A stretch of DNA of 64,000 bases from contig OZ241996.1 of NCBI GenBank assembly GCA_965204535.1, forward strand, positions 32,001 to 96,000, written 5' to 3'. The notes beneath the pieces are model-generated. The model was given only the letters and a program-made list of their open reading frames with translations, was not told where the DNA came from and ran no database searches. The position numbers and the translations under genes are program-made. This DNA comes from a bacterium (GTDB taxonomy: Bacteria > UBA8248). This document shows positions 51,901-60,190 of this stretch, piece after piece (the stretch's first letter is position 1; each line of letters opens with the position of its first letter).

Positions 51901-52379
51901 CGATCAGCCCTCCCTGTCCCGTCAGCCCGCTCACAGATAATGGGAATTATAAACTTGACTATGCAAAGAATTGGGAACAATTTTGAAGATGCCGTTAAGC
52001 AGATGTTATTGTCTAGTCCTGAAAAGAAAGGATTGCTTGAAAAACGTATGCCGATTCGTGAAGAACTTAAAAAGAAATGGAAGTTGGAAAAGAAAAACAA
52101 AAATTTCTAGTTTAATCTATTGTCATTTCGAATCTCCCGATTATTTCCTCTTGACACATTTCAATATCACAACCAAAATGCTCCTCGCCAGATAACGTGC
52201 AGATCGACCTGCTTTCGGGTCGCCTGCGAAATACAAGACCGCATCCTTGCGGGAATACGCGGGAACCCACCGAGCAATCTGTGCGTTGTCTGGCAACCGA
52301 CCCGATCTTGGGATCGTGAGAGGTTGAAGCACCCATTTCGAGATTCAATCTAAAGGGAGCCGCCAGAGGAGGAGAAGCG

Positions 52380-52835
52380 ATGAAACTGTTGACTGCAATC
52401 GCCGCGACGGCCTGTGCCGCCGCACTGCTGGCCCTGACCACGCCTGAGGCGTCGGCCTTCTACAACGATGCGTACGCGAAGAGTCGTTGCGAGAATGCCG
52501 TGAAGATCGCGCGGAGTAACACAAAGATAACCGACGTGAACTATGCCTCATGGAAGGTGAGACGCGTCGTGTATGAGAAAGACAACAACCCGAATGACTG
52601 GGAATACGACCGGAGCAAATGGGTCAACTACGACCAGATCCGTTGCATCATCGTGGCAAAGTGTCCGGAGACTTCCTGGCCGACCTCCAGTCCGGCCGGA
52701 CGGGCTTGGTTGCCCGGCACGACCAACATCGCTTACTACGACGACCCGAGGAGAAAGTGGTTCTCGACCGAGTTCTACGGTTCCATCGCGCAGGTCGAGA
52801 AGGTGAGCTGTAAGGGCGGTTATCTGATGCAATGA
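52380..52835 (+). CDS. Secreted hypothetical protein (cassette passenger)
   Basis: Signal peptide MKLLTAIAATACAAALLALTTPEASA, GGAGGAG RBS, 4 Cys in the mature part. Confidence 0.75.
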   Translation: MKLLTAIAATACAAALLALTTPEASAFYNDAYAKSRCENAVKIARSNTKITDVNYASWKVRRVVYEKDNNPNDWEYDRSKWVNYDQIRCIIVAKCPETSWPTSSPAGRAWLPGTTNIAYYDDPRRKWFSTEFYGSIAQVEKVSCKGGYLMQ

Positions 52836-52845
52836 CCGGAAGCCG

Positions 52846-52883
52846 AAGGATTACGCGGGCGAACAGCCCGCGTAATCCTTTGT
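52846..52883 (+). terminator. Terminator hairpin of passenger gene
   Basis: AAGGATTACGCGGGC-GAACA-GCCCGCGTAATCCTT, perfect 15-bp stem. Confidence 0.75.
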
Positions 52884-52957
52884 CTGGCATCGTATATAAG
52901 CCCCATATAATTCCTCAAAGTTAAGAATGCAGGACTCCGTCAGGTGTTTTTGTTACT

Positions 52958-54034
52958 TCAAGAATTGGTTTTTTCTTTGTCATCGTCAAGTTTATAATTC
53001 CCCAAATAATCCCCCACCTCCACCGTTTTGCCCAGCCGCGAGCTCGCGTCCGCCGCGTAGACGACGGCCAGGTTCTCGTGCGCGACGCGGCCGTCGACTT
53101 CGGGCGTTCTGTCCCCGCGCACGCAGTCGGCGAAGTCTTCCAGCGCGTCGCGGAACATGTCGCCCTCGGGCATGTCGTATACGGCGTCCTCGCCCAGCGG
53201 GTCCCGGTCGACGCGCAGGCGGATGGGTTCGGGCGCCTTCGATGGGTCGCGCCACTGCTGGCCCGTGATGCGGAAGTGCGCGACGCCCTTCGTGCCGTGC
53301 ACGTTCATGTGAAACGCCCAGGGGCACGCCCAGCCGCCGCCGACGTAGGAGAGCGCGCCGCTATCGTGCTCCAGGATCATCATCGAGGTGTCGTCCACGT
53401 CCTCGGTCGCGTAGGCGCGCTTTAACTTCGCGGTGACGCTCCTGATTGGCCCGTGCAGGTAGCGGAACGTGTCGATGTGGTGGATGGAGAGCTGGATGAC
53501 GACGCCGGTGGGGTTGAGTTCGCGGCTCGAGCGCCACTTCTCGGGCGTGAGTTCCAGCCCGCGCTCGGTGCAGAAGTTGCTCTCGCTCATCGAGATTTTT
53601 CCGATTTCGCCCGCGTCTATCAGCTCCTTCATGCGGCGCGACACGGCCAGTCGGCGCGCACTGTGACCCACCGCCAGCTTGACGCCCGCGCCCTCGACCG
53701 CGTCCACGATGGCCCTTGAGTGCTCCAGGCTGTGCGCGATGGGCTTTTCGCAATAGACGTGTTTGCCCGCCGCGGCCAAGGCTTCTATGTGCTCCTTGTG
53801 GTTGTGGTTGGGCGTCGTGAGGATGACGGCCTCGACCTCATCGTCATTCAGGAGCGCTTCCAGGCTATCCGCCTCGCGCGCGCCGTAGCGCTCCATGAAG
53901 GCGCGGCGTTTTTCCGCCGTGCGGCTGAAGCACGAGACGATCCTGATTTTACCTCCGCGAAGTGCTGCGTCGGCGAGCACGCCTGCCCAGCGGCCCAGCC
54001 CCATCGAGGCGACGCGCACGGGTTCGAACGACAT
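52958..54034 (-). CDS. Gfo/Idh/MocA oxidoreductase (C-terminus extended by IR sequence)
   Basis: GLGRW, TPNHNH, KHVYCEKP, SIHHID; start MSFEPV after AAGGAG. Confidence 0.9.
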   Translation of the reverse strand: MSFEPVRVASMGLGRWAGVLADAALRGGKIRIVSCFSRTAEKRRAFMERYGAREADSLEALLNDDEVEAVILTTPNHNHKEHIEALAAAGKHVYCEKPIAHSLEHSRAIVDAVEGAGVKLAVGHSARRLAVSRRMKELIDAGEIGKISMSESNFCTERGLELTPEKWRSSRELNPTGVVIQLSIHHIDTFRYLHGPIRSVTAKLKRAYATEDVDDTSMMILEHDSGALSYVGGGWACPWAFHMNVHGTKGVAHFRITGQQWRDPSKAPEPIRLRVDRDPLGEDAVYDMPEGDMFRDALEDFADCVRGDRTPEVDGRVAHENLAVVYAADASSRLGKTVEVGDYLGNYKLDDDKEKTNS

Positions 54035-54183
54035 GTTGTTTCTCCTTGAGCAGTTATAAAAGGGAATTACATACTTGATTATGCCCTTGTCGTTAGAGGC
54101 TTTTTCGGCCTTGGACCCCCTTGCCCCCTGACAGGGGGGTAAAATGAAAAATGCACTCCTCGACGGCGAAGCCTCCCTGACAA

Positions 54184-54771
54184 GGCGTCGTTGAAAAACC
54201 CTGCGCACGACCCCTGCCATTGCAGGCGGCGAATGCGGCGCAATCCCCCTCCTCATCCTGCGCCGCCGCCCGGTTTCGGTTTTGGCCGTCATTCCGGCGA
54301 AAGCCGGAATCCATTTTCGCCTTTGCCTTTTCGTTCCCTCGTTCGGATGTCTTTACTTCCGGGCGGGGAGGATCGGAATCGAACACAAAAACGAAAGGCG
54401 AATTCTCTGAATTCCGCATCCCGACGCCGCGCAACAACAAGGTCGTGGCCGCCCTGCCCGGTGAAAAGTCAAAATGGATTCCGGCTTTCGCCGGAATGAC
54501 GGCTTCGTGGTGGACCGCATCAGCCGTCTCCGTAACGACGCCCGAATCCGGGCGCACACGAAATGCATCGTCAATTCCTACCGAGGAGGTTTATCAACAG
54601 CTCCTTGAAGGGTTGTTAAACCCGGAGAGGGAAAAGTTATGTGTGTAGGGGTCGCATATATGCGACCCGTTTTTTCACCCACTACGAGGGCCGCATGTAT
54701 GCGGCCCCTACACTCCCTTCGGCAAGGAAGAATCCTATTGCCGTCATTGCAGGGGTTTTTCAACAACCCCC
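54184..54771. repeat. Composite repeat island with MITE copy 3 (54288-54500) and REP doublet (54645-54710)
   Basis: GTTGAAAAA / TTTTTCAACAACCCC ends; shared internal units. Confidence 0.72.
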
Positions 54772-54803
54772 TCAATGAGGGGTTGGCTTCATCTCGGTCA
54801 ACG

Positions 54804-55262
54804 CTAAATACTCACCTGGAAATTGGGCAGGCGCACGCCTCCTCCCGCATCGGCCGGGGCCGCGCTCAACTCCTCGAGCGTGGTTTCGCGCAGCGTCTTG
54901 TCGATGGCGTCTTCGAGTTTTTTCCAAAGCGCGCGGCTTCCGCACACCGGAATGTTCGGACACGGCGCCGAGGGAGGCTCATCGCCGCAATCGACGGGCT
55001 GAATCGTCTCGCCCACCGCGCAGAGAACGTCGCGCATGTTGATCCCGGAGGGCGGCAGCGCGAGGATGTAGCCGCCTCCCGGCCCCCTCGTGCTGCTCAC
55101 CAGAGAGGCCCTGCGCATCTTCACGAACAATTGTTCGAGATAGTGCTGGCTGATTCCGAGCTTGCCGGCAATCTGCGGCAGGGGCACGGGATGCGTCTGC
55201 GAATGCCGGGCCAGCTCAATCATGGCGAGAACGGCGTATCGCCCCTTGGTCGATATCTTCAT
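54804..55262 (-). CDS. Rrf2-family transcriptional regulator (IscR/CymR-like, 3 C-terminal Cys)
   Basis: MKISTKGRYA, ISQHYLEQLF, STRGPGGGY, VDC..(8)..C..(5)..C. Confidence 0.9.
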   Translation of the reverse strand: MKISTKGRYAVLAMIELARHSQTHPVPLPQIAGKLGISQHYLEQLFVKMRRASLVSSTRGPGGGYILALPPSGINMRDVLCAVGETIQPVDCGDEPPSAPCPNIPVCGSRALWKKLEDAIDKTLRETTLEELSAAPADAGGGVRLPNFQVSI

Positions 55263-55300
55263 CGGCGGCATCCTCTCATCGTCTCTCCCTGCCCCGAACG

Positions 55301-56110
55301 CTAAACGAGCGCACCACGCCCTGAGGGAATCTTCGTCTGTCCACTCCCGGCGATCGCGCAGGCAGGACAATCCGGATCCTGTGCCACGCGCACGCTCCCG
55401 ACGGCGTTTTTCCGTAAATCGGCCGTCATCAGCCTGTTCGACCAGGCCGGCGCAAGCCCCCTGAGAACACGCAGCGCGTCTGCGGCCTGCGCCATGCCCA
55501 CGAAACCGGCCACCGCGCCGAAAACCCCCGCATCCCCGCAGTCGAGGCCGCGGGCGTCCTCGCCCTCCTCGCCCACCAGACACCGCAGGCACGCGCTCCG
55601 CCCCGGCAGAATCGTCATCATCTGGCCGAAAAAGCGTAAAATCCCGCCCATCACCCACGGCTTGCCGGCTGCAACGCAGGCGTCGTTCAGCGCGAGTTTG
55701 GCGGCCAGGTTGTCGCTTCCATCGATTACTACGTCATAGGGCGCGATGATTCTGGCGGCGTTCCGGCGCGTGAGTTTCTGGGGAATCATGTCCACCGCTA
55801 CCTCGGCGGAGAGCCTGAATATGGAATCGGCGCCCGAGTCCACCTTCAGGCGGCCGATGTCCTCGGTCCGGTGGAGAATCTGGCGGGCCAGGTTGTCGAG
55901 CGTCACCACATCGTGATCCGCAAGGCCGATGCGGCCCACGCCCGCCGCCGCCAGCGCCAACGCAGCGGGACAGCCCAGGCCGCCCACCCCCACGATGAGT
56001 GCGGATGAGCGCGCCAGAGCGCTTTTTTCGCTCATGCGCGCCGTGGATGCGCTCACGGACGCCGGCGGCGCTTCACCGGGCAACCCCGCGCGAGGATTAT
56101 GAAGGCTCAC
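55301..56110 (-). CDS. ThiF/MoeB E1-like adenylyltransferase, catalytic subunit lacking the N-terminal RYSR motif
   Basis: GVGGLG, DHD..NLARQ, DGSDN, CLRC, LDCGDAGV, CPAC; start at GTG 56110 (GTGA overlap) or ATG 56035. Confidence 0.85.
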   Translation of the reverse strand: MSLHNPRAGLPGEAPPASVSASTARMSEKSALARSSALIVGVGGLGCPAALALAAAGVGRIGLADHDVVTLDNLARQILHRTEDIGRLKVDSGADSIFRLSAEVAVDMIPQKLTRRNAARIIAPYDVVIDGSDNLAAKLALNDACVAAGKPWVMGGILRFFGQMMTILPGRSACLRCLVGEEGEDARGLDCGDAGVFGAVAGFVGMAQAADALRVLRGLAPAWSNRLMTADLRKNAVGSVRVAQDPDCPACAIAGSGQTKIPSGRGALV

Positions 56111-56601
56111 GCGCTTGTCTCCTCGAGAATTTCCAGATCGCTCTCGATAAAGGTCTTCTGCTCCGCATCCCAGGAATACACCTTCTGCCCGAGCACCATG
56201 CCTTCGCGCACGCTCATGACGACGTGCTCGGCATCGGGAAACGCCGGGATATCCCCGAAAGGAACCGCCGCATCCACGTCTTCCTGCGAGAAATAGGCAT
56301 CCTCGTCCGGGTGGCTGTGGAATATGCCGCGAACCACCTCGCCCGCCTTCTCCGCTTCTCTCACGATGCGCTCGAACTCGAAGGGATCGATCAAGAATGC
56401 GCGCCGCGCCGTCCGCGGATAAAATTCGGGGTCCTTCTCGTGCATCTCGTTCTGCACGTTCTTGCAAGGCAGGAGGGCGAGAGTTTCTTCCGCACCATCC
56501 CTCCCGCGCGGAGGCCCGATTATCAAGCCACAACACTCGTCGGGATACGCCTCGCGCGCGTGGCGGTGCATCGTCTCCACCTGTTCACGATTCAGACGCA
56601 A
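56107..56601 (-). CDS. JAMM/MPN+ metalloprotease (Mec/CysO-cysteine peptidase-like)
   Basis: YPDECCG and FHSHPD..AYFS.ED JAMM motif. Confidence 0.9.
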   Translation of the reverse strand: MRLNREQVETMHRHAREAYPDECCGLIIGPPRGRDGAEETLALLPCKNVQNEMHEKDPEFYPRTARRAFLIDPFEFERIVREAEKAGEVVRGIFHSHPDEDAYFSQEDVDAAVPFGDIPAFPDAEHVVMSVREGMVLGQKVYSWDAEQKTFIESDLEILEETSA

Positions 56602-56614
56602 GTCAAGTCCCCTT

Positions 56615-57035
56615 GGGGTTGTTGAAAAAATCCGAAACCCTGGATTTGTCGTATGTAACCGACCGACGAGAGAGAAAAATCACTCCCCCCTTGAGGGGGA
56701 GTCGAAGAGCTGAGGGCGTAAGCCCGAAAGCGATTCGGTGGGGGGTATAACTCGGATTGGCGATAAAACGCATTTTACCCCCCACCGCATCAGCCTTCGC
56801 AAAAAACGCTCGGCTTCTGCGACTCCCCCTCAAGGGGGGAGTGAACTTCAAAAGCGTGCGCTCAACCAAAATCGCTCCACGGGACTTTTTCACCTCCCCT
56901 TTTGTCAGGGGGGTATAAAAAGGCGATGCGCCCCCCGCCGGGCTGAGAGGGTTTTGCTTTTTCTTGCCCCCCTGACAAGGGGGGGTAGGGGGGGTTGCCT
57001 TTGTCCCCTGAGGAGAGAGACTTTTTCAACACCCC
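56615..57035. repeat. Composite repeat island inside the cys operon
   Basis: GGGGTTGTTGAAAAA / TTTTTCAACACCCC ends; paired CTCCCCCCTTGAGGGGGAG units; segment shared with 18985-19036. Confidence 0.72.
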
Positions 57036-57039
57036 CTCC

Positions 57040-57978
57040 TTAGCGCGCTTCGCTCAGGTACCTGTCCCCACCGTCGGGAAACAGGGTGACGATAACGCCC
57101 TTGCCTATCTGCTTCGCCACCTCGCGCACGCCCACGAGCGCGGCGCCCGCCGAATGCCCGATGAACAGGCCCTCTTCCTTGGCGATGCGCTCGGCGAGAT
57201 CGTAGCTTTCCTCGGTGCTCGCCAGAATCAGATTGTCGTGCACGCTCTCATCGTAAATCTTCGGGCGAATGGCCGTGGGGATGTGCTTCATGCCCTCCAG
57301 CCCGTGAAACGATTCTGACGGCATGACCGCATGCACCACGACGTCCGGTTTTCTCTCTTTCAGGCCGCGTCCCGTGCCCACCAGGGTGCCCGTGGTGCCG
57401 AGACCCGCAATGAAATGCCCCACGCGCCCGCCTGTCTGCTCCAGAATCTCGGACGCCGTGGTCTCGACGTGGGCGAGCGGGTTCGCCGGGTTGTCATACT
57501 GACACGGCAGGAAATACTTCTCCGGCTCGTCCTGATACATCTTCGCCGCGAGGCGCTGCGCGCCGTCCGAACCCTCCAGGGGATCCGATAAAACAATGTC
57601 GGCCCCGTAGCCTTTCAAGGTCGCCTTGCGCTCGTCGCTCGCGTTCGCAGGCAGGACGAGGCGGACCGGAATCCCGAGTGCCGCGCCGATCATGGCGTAG
57701 GCGATGCCGGTGTTGCCGCTCGTGGAATCGAGCAGAATCCTGCCGGGGCGCAACTCTCCCGTTTCCAGGCCGTCCTTCACCATGAAGAGCGCCGGCCTGT
57801 CCTTCACCGAGCCGCCCGGGTTGAACCATTCCGCCTTGGCGTAGACCTCCACGTCCGGGAATTCGCTCTCGAACATCTTAATCTTGAGCAGGGGGGTGTT
57901 GCCGATACACTTGATGATTGGGGAATCCCCTAAATTTCTGAACGCGCTCGCGGGATTCTCCACCGTCGATTCGACCAT
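57040..57978 (-). CDS. cysM: Cysteine synthase B / CysM-type PLP enzyme
   Basis: IGNTPL, NPGGSVKDR, TSGNTG, QYDNPAN, GLGTTGT, PDGGDRYLS. Confidence 0.85.
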   Translation of the reverse strand: MVESTVENPASAFRNLGDSPIIKCIGNTPLLKIKMFESEFPDVEVYAKAEWFNPGGSVKDRPALFMVKDGLETGELRPGRILLDSTSGNTGIAYAMIGAALGIPVRLVLPANASDERKATLKGYGADIVLSDPLEGSDGAQRLAAKMYQDEPEKYFLPCQYDNPANPLAHVETTASEILEQTGGRVGHFIAGLGTTGTLVGTGRGLKERKPDVVVHAVMPSESFHGLEGMKHIPTAIRPKIYDESVHDNLILASTEESYDLAERIAKEEGLFIGHSAGAALVGVREVAKQIGKGVIVTLFPDGGDRYLSEAR

Positions 57979-58011
57979 TGATATGGCCCTCGCACTTAGC
58001 TCCTGAAAATC

Positions 58012-58662
58012 TCAGGAAAAATTCGCACGCGCCTCCATCAGGCCGTGCGAAAAATCGAATCGGGCCTGCGCAGTCGACCCCACTGTATCCATTTCATCCA
58101 CCAGATGCCGCAAGGCTCTCGCGGCCAGCCATGCGCCCAAGGCGCCCTGGGCCGCCACTGTCGATGCGCCCCCTGGAGATGGCGTCACGTCCGGCTTCCC
58201 GAAACCGCCGGGTCCCTCGAGAATTTCTCCTGACTCACCACGTGAGACGCCTCGCAGCGTGACTTTCGCCGAAGCCTCGAATCTCTCATCAACCGGGGCT
58301 CCTTCACCGCCCAGCCGGATGAGGACGTCGAAAACCTCCCCCGCTCCCTCGCCCGGGCGAACGGAGACCAGCCTCGAATCGGGGTTGAGCCTCTTGAGGC
58401 CACTCCCCAGGCTGCCGCCGAAGAAGGCGGAGAGCGGCGATTTCGGCTTGATCCCGTCGCTCTCATCGAGCGGACACCAGCCGATGCGTCCCACGCCCGC
58501 CGCCGCCAGATAGACCAGGGCGGTGAGCGCCGCGCTCTCCTCATCCTCCGAATATGCGATGAGGACGGAAGACGCCAGCAGGCGCTCCTGGCCGGCTCCC
58601 CCCACTTCGGGGAGAAGAATGTGGCGGCTGTAGCGCTGAATCTGCTCTTCGCTCAAGCCCAA
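58012..58662 (-). CDS. Degenerate ThiF/MoeB paralog retaining the RYSRH arginine-finger motif (putative inactive E1 subunit)
   Basis: TTG start after GAGGAG; LSEEQIQRYSRHILLPEVGGAGQERL, YLAAAGVGRIG, LNPD; no GxGxxG, no NLxRQ, no CxxC. Confidence 0.75.
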   Translation of the reverse strand: MGLSEEQIQRYSRHILLPEVGGAGQERLLASSVLIAYSEDEESAALTALVYLAAAGVGRIGWCPLDESDGIKPKSPLSAFFGGSLGSGLKRLNPDSRLVSVRPGEGAGEVFDVLIRLGGEGAPVDERFEASAKVTLRGVSRGESGEILEGPGGFGKPDVTPSPGGASTVAAQGALGAWLAARALRHLVDEMDTVGSTAQARFDFSHGLMEARANFS

Positions 58663-58693
58663 GGGGCGAATCTCCTCTCGGGGGTGCGGACGA

Positions 58694-58972
58694 TTACAGG
58701 CCGCCCGCGATGGCCGGCACGATGGAGACCTCATCCCCATCGCTCACCGCCGTTCCCTCTCCCTGCAGAAAGCGGATGTCCTCCTGGTTCACATAAATGT
58801 TCACGAAACGCCGCAGCTTGCCCTCCTCGTCATAGAGGCGCTGGCCGATGCCCGCGAACTGGCCCTCGAGGTTCGCGAGCACTTCCTTCACGTCCGCGCC
58901 CGCGATCTCCACGGCGTCCTGCTGCTGTGTGAACTCCTGCAAAGGTGTCGGAATACGAACCGTTACCGCCAT
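58694..58972 (-). CDS. MoaD/CysO ubiquitin-like sulfur carrier ending in GG-L
   Basis: VRIPTPL, RRFVNIYVN.EDIRFL, SIVPAIAGGL*. Confidence 0.92.
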   Translation of the reverse strand: MAVTVRIPTPLQEFTQQQDAVEIAGADVKEVLANLEGQFAGIGQRLYDEEGKLRRFVNIYVNQEDIRFLQGEGTAVSDGDEVSIVPAIAGGL

Positions 58973-59025
58973 TTCTCTCTCCTGATCTGAAAACCCCGCC
59001 CTCCGGGGATGTTGAAGTAAGATTC

Positions 59026-59985
59026 CTAACGAAAATGCTGTTCCAGACTATAATATCTCTCCCAGCCGTCGGGAATGACGACCACCACGTTTTCCTCGGG
59101 ACTCATCCGCCGCGCCACCTCAAGAGCCGCATTTACCGCCGCTCCCGCCGAAATGCCTGCGGCCATGCCCTCCTCGCGGCTCAGGGCCTTGCTCATCTCG
59201 TAGGCGTCCAAGTCGCTCACCGGCATCACCTCGTCGATGATCGCCCGGTTCAACACCGCAGGCACGAAGCCCGCGCCGATTCCCTGAATCTGGTGCGGGC
59301 CGGGTTCCCCGCCGGAAAGAACGGGGGATGCGGCGGGCTCCACGCCGATGACGAGCGTTTCGGGCCTCCTCTCCTTCAGGACCTCCCCCACTCCCGTGAT
59401 GGTGCCTCCCGTCCCCACGCCCGCCACGAAGGCGTCTATGGATTCCGCGCCCATGTCGCGCAGAATTTCGCGCGCCGTGGTTCTTCGGTGGATCTCCGGG
59501 TTGGCCGGGTTGTTGAACTGCTGGGGCATGAAGTAGTCCGGGTTCTCCTCCAGGATGGCTTCGGCCAGCACGAGCGAGCCGTACATGCCGCCTTCGCTGG
59601 AGCTGAAAACCACCTCGGCCCCGTAGCCCGTGAGCAGGGAGTTGCGCTCGTGGCTCATGCTCTTGCTGAGCACGATGATCGTCCTGTAGCCGCGAATCGC
59701 GCCGATGAGCGCCAGGCCTATCCCCGTGTTGCCGCTCGTGGGTTCGATGATCGTCCCGCCGGGCTTCAGGAGACCGCGCCGCTCGCCGTCGAGCACCATG
59801 CTGAGCGCGATGCGATCCTTCACGCTTCCACCGGGGTTGTATTGCTCGAGTTTCGCGAATACGCGCGCGCCGGACGCATCGGGCAGGCGTTGCAGCTGAA
59901 CGAGGCTCGTGCCCCCGATGCGATCGATGAGCGAGGGAAGCGCCCTCAGAATCTGGGGCGGGCGACCCCGTGTTCCCAATGCCAT
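59026..59985 (-). CDS. cysK: Cysteine synthase A
   Basis: NPGGSVKDR, EPTSGNTG, QQFNNPAN, GVGTGGT, HQIQGIGAGF. Confidence 0.9.
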   Translation of the reverse strand: MALGTRGRPPQILRALPSLIDRIGGTSLVQLQRLPDASGARVFAKLEQYNPGGSVKDRIALSMVLDGERRGLLKPGGTIIEPTSGNTGIGLALIGAIRGYRTIIVLSKSMSHERNSLLTGYGAEVVFSSSEGGMYGSLVLAEAILEENPDYFMPQQFNNPANPEIHRRTTAREILRDMGAESIDAFVAGVGTGGTITGVGEVLKERRPETLVIGVEPAASPVLSGGEPGPHQIQGIGAGFVPAVLNRAIIDEVMPVSDLDAYEMSKALSREEGMAAGISAGAAVNAALEVARRMSPEENVVVVIPDGWERYYSLEQHFR

Positions 59986-60038
59986 GAAAGTGTCCTTCCA
60001 GTTCTTTTTACACGGACCCAGACGAGCGTGAGCCTATA

Positions 60039-60063
60039 ATTCCCAAACAAATTTGTCAAGAAT
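60039..60063 (-). promoter_or_regulatory. Putative Rrf2 (IscR-type) operator overlapping the -35 of the cysK promoter
   Basis: Minus strand ATTCTTGACAAATTTGTTTGGGAAT; TTGACA-17 bp-TAGGCT. Confidence 0.55.
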
Positions 60064-60190
60064 TCCATCTTAAAGAGATTTCCCGTTTTTTCTCCTCTTC
60101 GACATATTCCCGACATACTCCCAATATATTCTCGGTGTGCTACATTTTCATGCCGCATCGCCTTATGATGTGACGCAAAAGGAGAAAGAC

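Larger units (their letters stand above)
51942..53002. mobile_element. Non-autonomous IS1595-type mobile cassette (MIC) with one passenger gene
   Basis: IRs GGGAATTATAAACTTGAC(T/G)ATG at both ends; flanks CAGATAAT / CAAATAAT (7 of 8 TSD match); no transposase. Confidence 0.85.

Noticed and set aside
54035-54292. N-terminal extension of the Gfo/Idh/MocA ORF (similarly 55263-55658 for Rrf2 and 56111-56536 for ThiF)
   Set aside because: Extensions run through repeats or neighbouring genes; better starts lie downstream
54062-60044. IS1595-like ends bracketing the whole cys operon (TATAATTCCC at 60035-60044)
   Set aside because: The match is only 10 bp, flanks give no TSD, and the site is better explained as promoter/Rrf2 operator
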